DNA of 64,000 nucleotides from Styela clava (Eukaryota): NCBI RefSeq assembly GCF_964204865.1, contig NC_135252.1, positions 13,020,001 to 13,084,000 of the forward strand, read 5' to 3'. Shown piece by piece: positions 40,077 to 52,765 of this stretch (position 1 is its first letter; each line of letters starts with the position of its first letter). The notes under the pieces were generated by a model. It saw only the letters and a program-made list of their open reading frames with translations, ran no database searches and was not told where the DNA came from. The position numbers and the translations under genes were made by a program.

Positions 40077-41581
40077 TATTTAGATATCTCTGAGATCCCT
40101 GGTTTCAACGAACAGTTTTATATGACGTTTCAAAAATAATGCCTCATTATATTATACTGCCATGAGTATTTTGCTTAAATTACTGAAACAGGAAGCATGC
40201 AGAGGCATTGTCCTGTGACGTAATATAATCTAGCTAGTCATAACTCGGGTGATGATATGATGCACTAAAAATAATTTAATTTACTGATATTTCTGAGTTA
40301 ATGTTAAATATAGTCTAGTAGACACTGAAAATGTTTTTTTATCAACAAATTTTCCCGATTGTATATATATGGTTTGTAAAAAGTGAGTTTGTTAAAATAT
40401 CCTCATCATAATAATTAAAAATTGCACCAGGTACTATTTTTATGTAGCGCAAAACATCAGCTTTATGATTTTGAGCATTTATGACTCAAATGAAATTTTC
40501 AGAACATTTCAATTGTTCATTCAATACATTCAATCCATTTTCATCATAATCATAGTCGAATTTTACAAGAAAGGCATTGAGAACGGCACAACAATAGAAC
40601 TTTTATTAATATTTACAAAATCCATGCCACGAAGCGAGTTCCTTTGTTAAAAAACGCTGATTAGTTACCACTCTAAATTTCATTTTCTCATGACTCACTC
40701 TTCCCAAATATATACCAGCTATAAATACAGAGAATAACGCATACTGCTTGTGTATGACGGTGTTCCGGACAGTATGTTGTAATAGTGTTCAAAACATTGA
40801 AAATAATTTTTCTGAAGGAGTTCTGAGACCAATACAGTTGTCTCAACCATACCTTTTTTTGTTATCTAGATTTACTTTCCCTAAGATGAGTTTGCAGGTG
40901 ATAATATATGATATTATGTCGATAACAGGTATCATCGCTACATAAGAAAAATATAGAAGTAATATGTCTAACATTGTCTATATGTATACCGCGTCTGTTG
41001 CGAGAAAAATTGAATTATTTCACCCGTACTCTTGGATCACAACTCCCAGAACATAACTCTTTACAATACTAAATTGAAAAATCTTTCATAGAGCAGTGCT
41101 GCCGCAATCATGCTCATACTATTATCTGCAGATGTACAAAAACTCCCTACAGCTTCCATTAAAAGAAAACTTTGTCAGCAAAAGCCTGTTAAACATTTAA
41201 TTGAAAATTCCTAATTTGGATTGAACATATAAAGATCTAATAAACAAATTTTTGTTATTTCTGAGTCGTTTACTAGAAATAATTGTAGCATATTCTCACT
41301 AGCTTATAAAACTTCCATGCCCACTACTACCAGTAGCCGCTTAGCTGTGGTTATGAATAATATATCCCATCGCGCTGCTTTATCGGAAACATTTGTAATG
41401 ACTGTTTTGTGATATCGGATTACACGTCTGTATAATGTTCCATACCACGTATAAAAAATCCTGATATTCACTAGCATTTTATGGTACATTTGACAAAGCG
41501 TTTAAAATATAAAAAATAAATGCAAATTAAACTACGAAGCACAGAATATCAAAAATTTACAGTATACTTTGTCATTATTTC

Positions 41582-42072
41582 TAGGATTACCATATTTTTG
41601 TGATCTTAAAGCTGGACGCCTCCAAAGACCATAGTTGTGATTTTTGCACCTTTAAAATTTACATCGAGGGCCTACATTCAAAATCCTCCCGACCGTCTTC
41701 ATTGACCCTATTGTAATCGAAAGTTCATACGCTGTCTGTCTAAATATCGGTTTCAGTTTGAAAAATAGAAATAAATTTACGTTATTGTTAAGCACCCTTT
41801 TGGCGTACGGGGCTTACACGTAACAAAATGTAGCAATTATCCGCTAACAAAACTACGAAACAAACAAAACCACGCACCCACTCCCAGTAAAAAGGCTAAC
41901 GGTACGCTACGCAGCAACAACAGTATCAAAGACATTCTAATTGGTATTGTTCGTGTTTTAAGCTGACTGGTTGAACGCCAAAGCGGGACAATTGGCTGAC
42001 CTGTCGGGGAACCGGGACAAGACGTTGAAAAGCGGGACTGTCCCGCCTAAAGCGGGACGTATGGTGAGCCTA
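41582..42072. mobile_element. hAT (Blackjack-like) non-autonomous element, 491 bp
   Basis: Ends TAGGATTACCATA / TATGGTGAGCCTA; perfect 8-bp TSD ATTATTTC; repeated GCGGGAC subterminal motifs. Confidence 0.85.
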
Positions 42073-42667
42073 ATTATTTCACAATGCTCATGACGAAACT
42101 GTAACGGCATGCAATGTGCGTACTCCTTTCATTTAGTAGTATAGTAATAGCAATCTATGTAACCCTTGTCTATTTTTGTATTTAACACGCATCTAAATTC
42201 TTTCAGGTATTCTACATTAATCCGGTAGCTTCAATTCCTGGATTATTTCTGCTTTTTGATTGAGAAATCATTTCAAATCACTAGTAATCGAGCACTTTGT
42301 GATGATTCAGACACAACGATCGCATTGACTATATGCCATGTTACTGCCTGTAACAGCTTGATAATAATGTTTGAACTGCATAGAGGCAAACATCTAAAAC
42401 ATATTACATGTTGTGTCCTACGCAAATATAAACGTTCATAGAACAAGTCGAGTTTAGTCACTGGTTTCCCTGCCTCATTCATTATCAAAGATAAAACATA
42501 GCAATTTCCAAAATTTAAGGGAATGTTGAAGTGCTATCGACATTCTCAAGTATTTATTGAAGAGCACAAATGAAACGAGTAGTCAAGTGGTTATAAGATC
42601 ATGGTCGCATGTACGACGATAAACGCCCTATAATTTATTTCTTATAGCCATTCTGGTAAGAATAAAG

Positions 42668-43040
42668 CAAGAGAGCAATGCTCAAATATAGGGGCAGGAA
42701 AATCGTTCGGCCCGAGAGCAACAAGTTTGTGAAAAAGTTCTGTGAACGAGCAATACGGAGGGATGAATAGGTAATGGAAAATGTTTCCTTTACGTAAAAT
42801 AAAACAGCAAAATGTTTGATAAAATATTTGGCCCCGCAGGATTGACCGGTGGAAAAATTAAATGAAAAAAATTGACTTGAACGAATGAAAGTAATAGAAT
42901 TCTATTGACTTGTACTGAAGTACTAAAAATTTGAAGAAACCCAAAACTGGGTAAAAAAAAAATTGATTATTTTCTAACAACAATAACTACCCCAACAGAA
43001 ACAACAACAACAAGCAATCCATGGATTTACTTCTTGTACA
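42668..43040 (+). mobile_element. Diverged copy of the Helentron/HINE-like repeat
   Basis: Begins CAAGAGAGCAATGCTCAAATAT, contains AAAGTAATAG and (AAC)n, and ends ATCCATGGATTTACTTCTTGTACAA, similar to ATCCATAGATCCACTACGTGTCCAA. Confidence 0.55.
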
Positions 43041-43712
43041 AAACTAGATCGAAATCGACAACCAAAGCATAGGACACAAAAAATATGCAATCCACTAGGT
43101 GCGATCTTGTGTAACAAGGTTTTATTTGATGTAGCGCATGTTGTCCTATATGAACGAACGACAGATCCCCGGGAATGTGAAGTGTGTCCTGTTTTTGCTT
43201 TCAAATCTGTTTGTGCCTCTATTATTCAATTAACCGCTGACTTTATACTACATCTCATTTTACCTCACCCCATTTCTAGATAGGAATGTTGCGAACAAAA
43301 ATATTAGTATTTGAATGAATTTATTAATTTTCATTGTTTCTAAAGAATTAGCATTTCTCCAGATATCTGTATGTAACGTTTTGTTATTGTCTTACAAAAT
43401 ACAGTTGTTAAATAAAGTTTAGTTCTTTGAAATTCATATTTATTGAAGTCGGGTTTAGAGCCAACATAAGTCTTGACAGGTAGCTTTTATTGGATGACGA
43501 ACGTTAGTTAACAAATCGCTTGTAAAATTGTGCAATATTGGTAGAAAATGCTTCAAAGACACACAAAAGAGTAAAATTTGAAATAACAATTTATATTTGG
43601 AGTTATCGAATCCACTGGTGCTGACGTGATATATTTTTTCACTTATTTTTGATGGTAATTTTATTGGTTTATTGGTGACCAAAGTCAATGCATTCTTCAC
43701 TGCCCATGATGT

Positions 43713-45166
43713 TTATCTAAATAAAAGTTCATCGATCTTTCGATCCCATTCGCTTCGAGCAAATACTGCGTCGTTGCAATTCGAGTTTGAACAGCAAAAG
43801 TGGCAAACATGGTCCTAAAAATAAATACAAATAAAATTTAACAGATTAAATTAAGAAATAATAGTACAGTATTGAAAATGTTGCTATTTTGATTTATCTT
43901 TTTACCTGTATTTATATGCATTTTACTGACGCGCTTTTAAATGTCAGATAGAGGAGCTCCAAGGAGTAATATTACCAAATAAGATGAAAAGTTTTCCTTA
44001 CCACTTCTTGTGACTGCGCTCTGGTGAGAGTTTGGGAATAGCAACCCTTTGTGTTGTCCTCACACGCTTTAGCAGTTTTGCATTCTCCATAAACTTTGTA
44101 CGAATCTGGCTTTATTTCAAGCTTGACCTGACACGAATTCTTAAAAACAATTAAAACAAAAATTATGAAAATATGTTTATATTATTTCAACTCAAAATTT
44201 GAAACGCATCCTGTTTTAAATCGGTGAAGTTATTGGAATGATTCTATATTTACTATCAATCATTAACTGTGAGTCGCCGTGTGTATATAACTCCCAACAA
44301 AGCTCAGCAATCTATTTTTCTGATTTGTTTATATTCCTTGTCATGCTAGGTTACCAAACTATAAACAATTTACCTGCAAGTACTTGCATTCTTTCACCTC
44401 GCTTGTAAGATCGTCCAATGTATCTCCAGAACCAACATAGCAAGTCCTCCTCGGCACTGGAGTTGGTTCTACGGCTTCACTTGTGTCGACGGGGTCAACA
44501 GGTTCAACAGTGTCATCAGGTTCAGCAAAGTCAATGGGGTCGACGGTATCAAATGGATCAACTCCGTCTACACCTTCAAAAGACTCATCAGGGACACCGG
44601 AGTCCACGGTTTCAAAGGGGTCAACAGGTTCAACAGGTTCAACGGGATCAACGGGATCAACAATGTCTTCTAAAATTGATTATATAACAATTGTCTGTTC
44701 ATTAAACTTTATTGAAAAATAAGTAGTATCTCTTGTTGCGTCTCAGAAACTGCTTAATTCAATGTTTTATCTCAGAATATCTGTCTGAAAATATATTGTA
44801 ACAGTTCAAATTGAAACTATTTCATTGTTTTACTCCAATATTAATCAATCATTTCAATATCAAGGATATTTGTATTTCGGAAATATGCAAAGAGCAAAGT
44901 TTTTTTTATGACTTATTATTCTCAACATACAATGAATTGTGATATTAAAATGATTGTAAATAATATTGCTAATGAATAAATAACGTGCTATGGTATTAGG
45001 GATTACTTAAAACTTTAGAATATAAATTCTTTTGCATATAGTTTGCGGTAGTTTTGGTCTACTCTATTAATTACTATGAAAGATAAATATTTATGTCATT
45101 CTTACCTTGACCGAATGTCAGTCCAATAACCAGAGAAATGAGAAGAACATATTTGAGAGCCATCAT
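43713..45166 (-). CDS. Secreted acidic three-finger-like Cys-rich protein, paralog A, 198 aa; exons 45166-45106, 44669-44374, 44139-44002, 43814-43713
   Basis: Signal peptide MMALKYVLLISLVIGLTFG, acidic V(D/E)P repeats, RR, then C-x17-C-x6-C-x16-C-x5-C-x6-C-x16-CHFCC-x4-CN. Intron phases 1,0,0 are shared with the paralogs. Confidence 0.88.
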
Positions 45167-46091
45167 GGTTGTTTTCAAAAATCTATTTAACCTAGTGCGT
45201 TAACTAAATATATCTAACTAAACATAATAAAAATTTTAATTCTTCAGCCACAAAAACAATAATCCGAGTGACATGAAAATGGTATGGCAAGCAAGAAGTA
45301 TATCAAAATATTGGATACAGTTTAGAAACGTTTATGGCAATGAGACCTGTGAGTTTTAATCAATCTGGTATGCACCATACAGTTTTCATAGTAACGTATC
45401 TTAAATAAAGTCAGTAAGTAAATGCAAAATTGTTATTGCGAACATATGCACCTTAAAAAGGTTGTATACTTGCTTTGCAATACCCCAAATTGTTACTACT
45501 CCTATGGTGACCAAATTCAATACGAAACATTAAAACAAAATTGGAAAACTTGACATATTTTTTAATGACCGCATTTTATTAATTTACCAAGTTTGGTTTG
45601 GATACCAATACAAAACTAATCGAAAACGACCAATGTAAAGTGAGGGAATAATGATAAACAGTCAGTATTTTTGATAAAACATCTGATTTCAGATAGCACA
45701 TTGACAGAGATCTCAAATAGGATTCCACCTAATTTACGTGAACAAACAGTGTATACAAATATATATGATATGATTAGCTCAATAACAGTTTTACTTTAGT
45801 TCTATTGTGGTAAACCTGGAGCAAATTTATATAAGGAAACCATTTGTGTCATGCTCTTCACTACTCAAATCCAGTTTTGTAAGAGGATTCCTACGACAAT
45901 CTAAAACAAACTGATCGAATTCATTTTTTCACTAGTTTCAAAAAAAACTTCAGCTCAGATTTTTGAACATATTATTGCGTATCAAAATCTATTTTTATTC
46001 TTTTTTTTTAATGTTTTTTTCTCTACAACAAATCACCACAAAAGGAGTATTAGTTAAATAAAATCTAAAGCTTCTATTTATATCGAGAATT

Positions 46092-47546
46092 CTATTTTAA
46101 GAGTTTATTTTGTTGTCGTCGTAACAATCTTTCAGCATATTTGGCGGTATTGCAATAACTTGGACGGCAACAAAAATGGCAGACATGCTCCTGTAGAAAA
46201 AAAGTGCATTATTAACTTCGTTTAGAAAAAAAAAAATGCTGAAAAAAAAAATTTGATGGAAATTACCGCTTTTTCAGCCTCCTCTGATGTCATGGTAGCA
46301 CTGTAACAATCGTGGAACTTGGCATTATTTTGGCAAGCCCGAAATTCTTTGCATTCTCCATAAACCCGCATTCCATTTGAATTGATTTCTACTTTGACTT
46401 GGCATGAATTCTGAAAATTAGCATTAGGCTTTAAAATAGAAAACATTGCAGTCTGCAATCTGTTGATAAGGTAAACATTAATCAGACTAATATTCTTGAC
46501 TCGCAACAAACCACATAATTAAGTACTAAACAAAACTCGAGAAAAATATTTACTAAGTCTATAGATGATAAGACGACTTTAACCAAAATGAAGCGTACCA
46601 CCATAACACTACAAATATACAGAAGCAATGAAAGATAAATTCTTGATAACAAAACAAAAGATAAGACAGAAATGTTTTTTTATTTCACCACTAACCTCTA
46701 GAAAGTTGCACGTTTTGTTTTTTGATTGTATGTCAGTAAAGTTACTTCCGAATCCAACGTGACATGATCTTCTATAAGCAGGAGTCGGCTCAATCGTTTC
46801 TGCAACTTCTTCACTTTCAGCGGCGTCTTCCCCAGTTCCATCGTCGATTACAGTGATCGTATCTTCTCCACCTACGTCAACTACCTCTACCGCGTCAACA
46901 TTCACTTCATCTCCGCCAGCAGTTCCTTCAAAATCATCAGTTTCTAAAATAGAATATGCATTAAAATTGATATAAGGTATATTCAGCCCAACGCCAAAAA
47001 AGGTATTTCCTCAACCCCGCCCAAATTTCAAAATAATCAAGTACGAATTGTTCTAATGACATACGAAAATAAAAACAATTGTTTGAGGATTTTATTCATC
47101 GAAAATGAACAATGCAAACTCATTTGATATAGTATCAAAGATAGATGTAGTCACGTTAGAAAAAAAAACTATGTTTAATGAAACATGCTGATTGGGATTC
47201 ACTATATAAAACGATCGACAAAACTAAAAATATTACACATACAACTTGAATATATTGATTATATTGTATTTTTCTTCGTGAGTTCAAAATCACATCGAGT
47301 AATCGTAAAGATTTTGTAGGATAACGGGAAAAATACCCTTTGAAACCTTGAACAGATATCATCATAGTGATGTATAGTAACGAGTAGGCAGGCCTATAAG
47401 ATCTTAGGCTTCAGCTTTAAAATGACCAGTGTTATCGAATGACTTATATAAAGATAAAAAATTTTGTAACGTTGAAACATGATCTTACCTTGAGCTAGCG
47501 CCAAGCCCAGAATTAACGAAACAAGAAAGAATTTGAATGAAAGCAT
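46092..47546 (-). CDS. Secreted acidic three-finger-like Cys-rich protein, paralog B, 182 aa; exons 47546-47489, 46943-46696, 46410-46267, 46190-46092
   Basis: Signal peptide MLSFKFFLVSLILGLALA, D/E-rich segment, EPTPAYRRSC, NSCQVKVEI..RVYGECK..AC.NN..CYS, EHVCHFCCRPSYCN. Same exon phases as A. Confidence 0.88.
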
Positions 47547-50500
47547 AGTCGTTTCAATGTTTAATGTAACCTAAAACCTAATCTATTCTAAACTGGATAA
47601 AGTATAAACATAATTTTGTACAACTAAACTTCAAGCTTACCATTTACAAATGGACTCAAATGTTTCAAATCAGTAGAATGTTAGTATATATTTTTTCTTA
47701 AATAATATATATATAAATTTGCCAACCTCAAAAAAAATGTAGCCAATCACAAAACGCGAACGTGTCTTATAAAAATTGGATTCTACCCCAAGGGCAGAAC
47801 GGGACGTATTGTATAAAAAATACACGTACGCCCATTAGATTCTTGCTCAAAAACCAGTTTGTCAAGAACAGATTCATGGTATTAAAATCATCCAACCAAA
47901 ATATTATTGAATAATATAGAATGAAACAATATTATCTGCCAATACTCGGAAGGTTTAAGACGTTTATGTCCTACCCTTGGTTTATTGATTCGAATTTGAA
48001 ATTGAAACTTGAATCGATGATCAAGTTTTTCTGCCTGACATTTTGGTAATCAAGGTAATTTGAAACCAAGTTAGGACCCGTGCAAGCACTACAGATAAAT
48101 GTGAAGTAACCGTTCATTTCGTGGCAAAATACTGAGTCTGCTTATAAGTATGACCTGAGGTTATTAATGCCTTCAAATGACGCCGTTTTGTGCACGTATT
48201 GTCATTAATATAATTAATCGACTTATGCAGTAATTGTACATAGATGATTGAACGTTTCAAACGGCCGGTTTCTCGTGAGTTGATTCAGTGATGACTCGTT
48301 TGAAAGAATGGTCCTCTATATTTAAGACTTGTTGCTGTGTTTGCTGACATAAATATTTTTGAACCAATTATATGTTACAAAATAATAGGATGGTATAAGA
48401 CATTTTCATATCATTTATAAAAAGCTAAAGCAGTATATTAGATCATGGTAAAACACAAATGAGTATTTGGTGTTATTTAATAGCTTTTGAATTTCTATAA
48501 ATCATTTTTCAATGCCTAAAAAGAGAAATTGACTGACGCAAATTTATTCTGCAAATACAGAAATAATTGAAAAAATGTTCAAATTTTTCAGTTGTCTAGA
48601 TATATTTAGTCTTTCCATCAAATTTCGCAATGAAAATTAAAAGATTCTCGTGCCCATATCTTCGTTTGGCATAAGAACGACGTAGAAGCCCTTTATTCGA
48701 AAAAGCTTCATGAAGTCCAAATTCGTTTATGTTACTGTTTTGATATGTTTTGATATGTATTTATGATTCAACTTATCAAAACGTCATCTTCATACATTTG
48801 ATTGATCTTTTGATTAAAGATGCGTATGCACCGTTTTCAATAATCATTAAAGAATTAACTTGAACAAGAATGAAATTTGAGTGATATTTGTAATTTATGG
48901 GAATTTATGCTGGCGGTGTCGCAGGATTTCACATTACAGATATTTAGTAAAATAACGAAATTATTATTGTTATATATTTTTTTTCCAAATAGCGATATTT
49001 CAAAGCAATTCAACTCATATTTAAGTGAAATTATCTGAGCATATTATGTCATACCGAAAGTATCATTAAATTGCCTGGTTGAGTTTACTTGGGGCATAAT
49101 GATTCAGTAGCTATTATCTATTGTTAGGCGAATTAAATAACTTTTGAAGTGGCTAGCAAATCAGAACGAGTAGTTTTAACTAACCGTCGAATTCAAAATC
49201 AATGAAATACTGAGTTCGTTTAAACTTTAAAGTATCCTACAATTAAATGCTAACCACCAAGTTCAACAGGGCTCTTTGTTATCAAGAGTTATCAATCAAT
49301 ACCATTTGACATGAAATTACCGTATCTTTACCGTGAAAACAATTACAATTTATTAAAATCTAACGTGCTAAAATCTTTGCCGCGGGTGTGTATGTTTTCA
49401 CAACGGAGATAATATCAAAAACTAGGTCGTCCTCTGCAACCGGTAAATCAACAATACGGCAAAACTGAACGTAAGTAAAGCTAAAAATAAGTCAGCTGTT
49501 ATGTTATAATTTAAAATATTACTCCGTACGCAAAAGCCTACACGGGGACAAATTATATGCGCAATTGGTATGGGAACGCTACTGATATAAACATATGGGA
49601 TTTCTGATGAACTTCTTGTGCTTCTATCATCCTGCGACGGTAGATTCATACTTTCATAATGCAATGACGTTGTCGCAAAAGTGAAGATATATATCTATTC
49701 TGAACAATTCAAAAATTTTCCAGCACGATAGCACAATTTTTTATGAAAATACAGCAAACATTACTTGTTGTGGCTTTGCAAAGCAGTAATTTGGAGATGT
49801 TATCAGGACGTATTTATTATCTGTGACGCTAATATTACATTCGAAAAATTGAATTAAAAGTCAGTCAGGAACTTTTATGCGCCAGACATTGCTACAACAT
49901 AAAAAGTAAACTATTATTTATGAGTTTTATATTCAACTAAGAGATTTGCATTTTATAATCCATTGAAACCTATTAATACCTCGTAAGATATATACATTTG
50001 TTGATGAAAAAAAAAATTAACAACATCTACAAACTATACAGCTTTTTATCTCACGGGAGAATCACAAAAATAGAATACTGTCATTTACAAATTCTTAATC
50101 TATGTAGCCACAATTTAAAAAATATAATTATTTATTGCGATACCGGAGATTGGCATAGTCGCATTGTAGAGTGTAGCAGACTGCATTATGCTAACAAGAA
50201 AGATAACATTCTTTTTCCATTTTGTCACTGATCAAACGCATTTAAAATGAAAACAGTTTCAATTTTAACGTGTTACACGGAATGTTTTTTTACCTCCTGT
50301 AATACTCAGCTCCAGGTGGTGTCAGCCCAAACGCTAGATGGCTAAAACCGAGATGTTGCTTCAGATTCGACCGTGGTTTTTTTTATCTTCTAATCGATAG
50401 CAAGACGAAATCAGAATTATGCTTTTGATGCTCTACAACTTGATGTTTTGAGTATAACAAGCATGGCATCTATTAAATCATATACTTCCATTTATATTCC

Positions 50501-52765
50501 TGACAGGTGCCGAAACGCTAATTATGTAAACGTATGGTATTGGTTGAGTTTATGCGAACATTTTCATTTGTGCCTTTGAAATAGTGAATAAGTATTCGAA
50601 TGATGCTGAAGCAAGAATGAAAATATATATTCAAATGATTCAAGCTTCTTGCAGAAAACTGCCAGAAATGTATTTTGGTTCGGTGTGACCGATGTCGGAT
50701 TTCTTCAGACATGCAATAGGTGACTTGGTTGACCTGTCATAGTTGAAATATCCTTTGATAAAAAAAAATTGACTTCGATCACACAAAACGTTACAATAAT
50801 ACATTTTCTGCTAGAGCGCAGCAAGACTACTATTGTATATTGAAAATTCAATTTATAATACCAAAGAAAAGATTGTAAAAATACGTAATATATCAGATGC
50901 ACGAGACAAAACTATTATACGAAAGTAGAAGAAAATAAGTACAGGGGAAGTGGTTTGTTGTGGTTTTGTAAAGCATCAATTTGGCGATGTTATCAAAACG
51001 TACTTCCTATTACATTAAAGAATTTAAAACCGGTCCGCAGTCACAAATAAGTCGGGAACTTTTCTGCATAGAGATCATAGAAAATTATGTTCATGTTTAT
51101 GATATTTCAATGATTTTTTTTTATGCCAGTATGGTCTTGTGTATGCATATCGTCTTCAACGTCATTAATTGTCAGCTTATCTATAATTCTTACGATTAAC
51201 AAGACGAGTGAACATACGTGCATGCGTAGATTTTAGATCCGAGTCCGAAATTCACACTTTATAATAGGTTTAAAACAGTTATCATTTGGACATTAATATG
51301 CTTTTTATTAAATGAGATATATACCAAGATCATTAAATAAAAATATTATGATCGGAACTATAAATACTACAAAGGTCTCTCTTTCTCTTAGTCTCTTCCA
51401 GGCGAAACCTAAAAAAAGTGACATACTTAGAGACACTATTGAATGGAGGACACAAGTAAGTGAATCACTTGTTATGGGTGTTCGTATCCATCGTAACAAT
51501 TTGTCCCACATGGTGTCAGCCTTAACGTTAGATGACTCAGGCGAGCAACCGTGTCTTTTATTTTTTATTAAGCCACAAAATACTTTTATTCAGCTACTTT
51601 GCTATTCAAAAAATGTGAGTTATCATCATCTCAACTATATATATCAATTGCTTGCAAATGAACCCTCAGATTCTGACTGTAAATATTCCCTTCTTTTTGT
51701 AGCCTTTCAGTTTGTACATTAGCCTAGTTTTTTTATAGACTGGTGCTTTACAATTTTGCTAGTTTCGCCATTTAAGTACTTGCCATTTAGTATCTCAACA
51801 ATTCTCAATATTCCCATTGTTAACAATGTCTGTTTCAAATAGGCTTCACGAGAATAATTAAAGATTATATTAAAAAACGAAATATATAGTAATTCGATTA
51901 ACGGTCTTACAAATATTATTTTCAGTTTTTTCAGATATTTAAAAAAGGTAAAAAACACGTCATCTTTAGAACAGCTTATACAAATACAAACTTGGTTGAA
52001 ATTTGAGTATAGTTTTGGCTGTTCGATTGTGTGATTTTCAAAGATACCGAAACAATTTTTTATATTATTTATTTGTCAAACAGATTATCAGAAATGCACG
52101 TATTTCACTTATTCTAACACATTAACTTATTCCAATGTTAGCCCGCGGGCACTGCTTCGTCCAAAACTGACATCCAACTCAATTTGAGCAATTAGAAGGC
52201 TTGTCCATGGGTCATATTTTTCTGTTTATCCCATCCCACGGAGAAGCCTGGCGCTGGGTATTTTTGCACATGTTTGATCAATGTAAAGGTTCAAATTACA
52301 GTCACTATTCAAATTAAGCAAGAGCTAATTTCACAACTTTCTGTATTTTAACTTTGTAACCGTTACTTTAAAATACCAAACTTTTTTTACCTGAAGTTTG
52401 CCGATATCAATCTGCCAAAACCCACGTGATTGAGCAATTGTTAGAAAACACCAAAACATAGAAGAAAAAACGGTCCCGGAAAATCTATGAAAAATTTTAA
52501 ACAAAAAAGAAATAGAATGTGACAGCATTATGGCAAATGCATTCCTTTTTTGGTCCAGTGGTTGAAAGGGAAATAAAGTTTTCACATCCTATCAAACAAG
52601 ACATTTATCACTTTGTGAAAATCGAGGGAACAACTTCATGAATTCGGATAGAGTGAAAGGTCATTGGACTCTCAAATGAAATTTCTTTTTTTTTGGTACA
52701 TATTGGTGTATGAAGTTTTTCCACAGATATAAGTTAGTGAACTACGAGTTGGTCTATACATTGAA

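Noticed and set aside
44418-44722. Plus-strand ORFs rich in STG repeats or Gln
   Set aside because: Antisense shadows of the V(D/E)P repeat exon of paralog A, which has proper splice sites on the minus strand.
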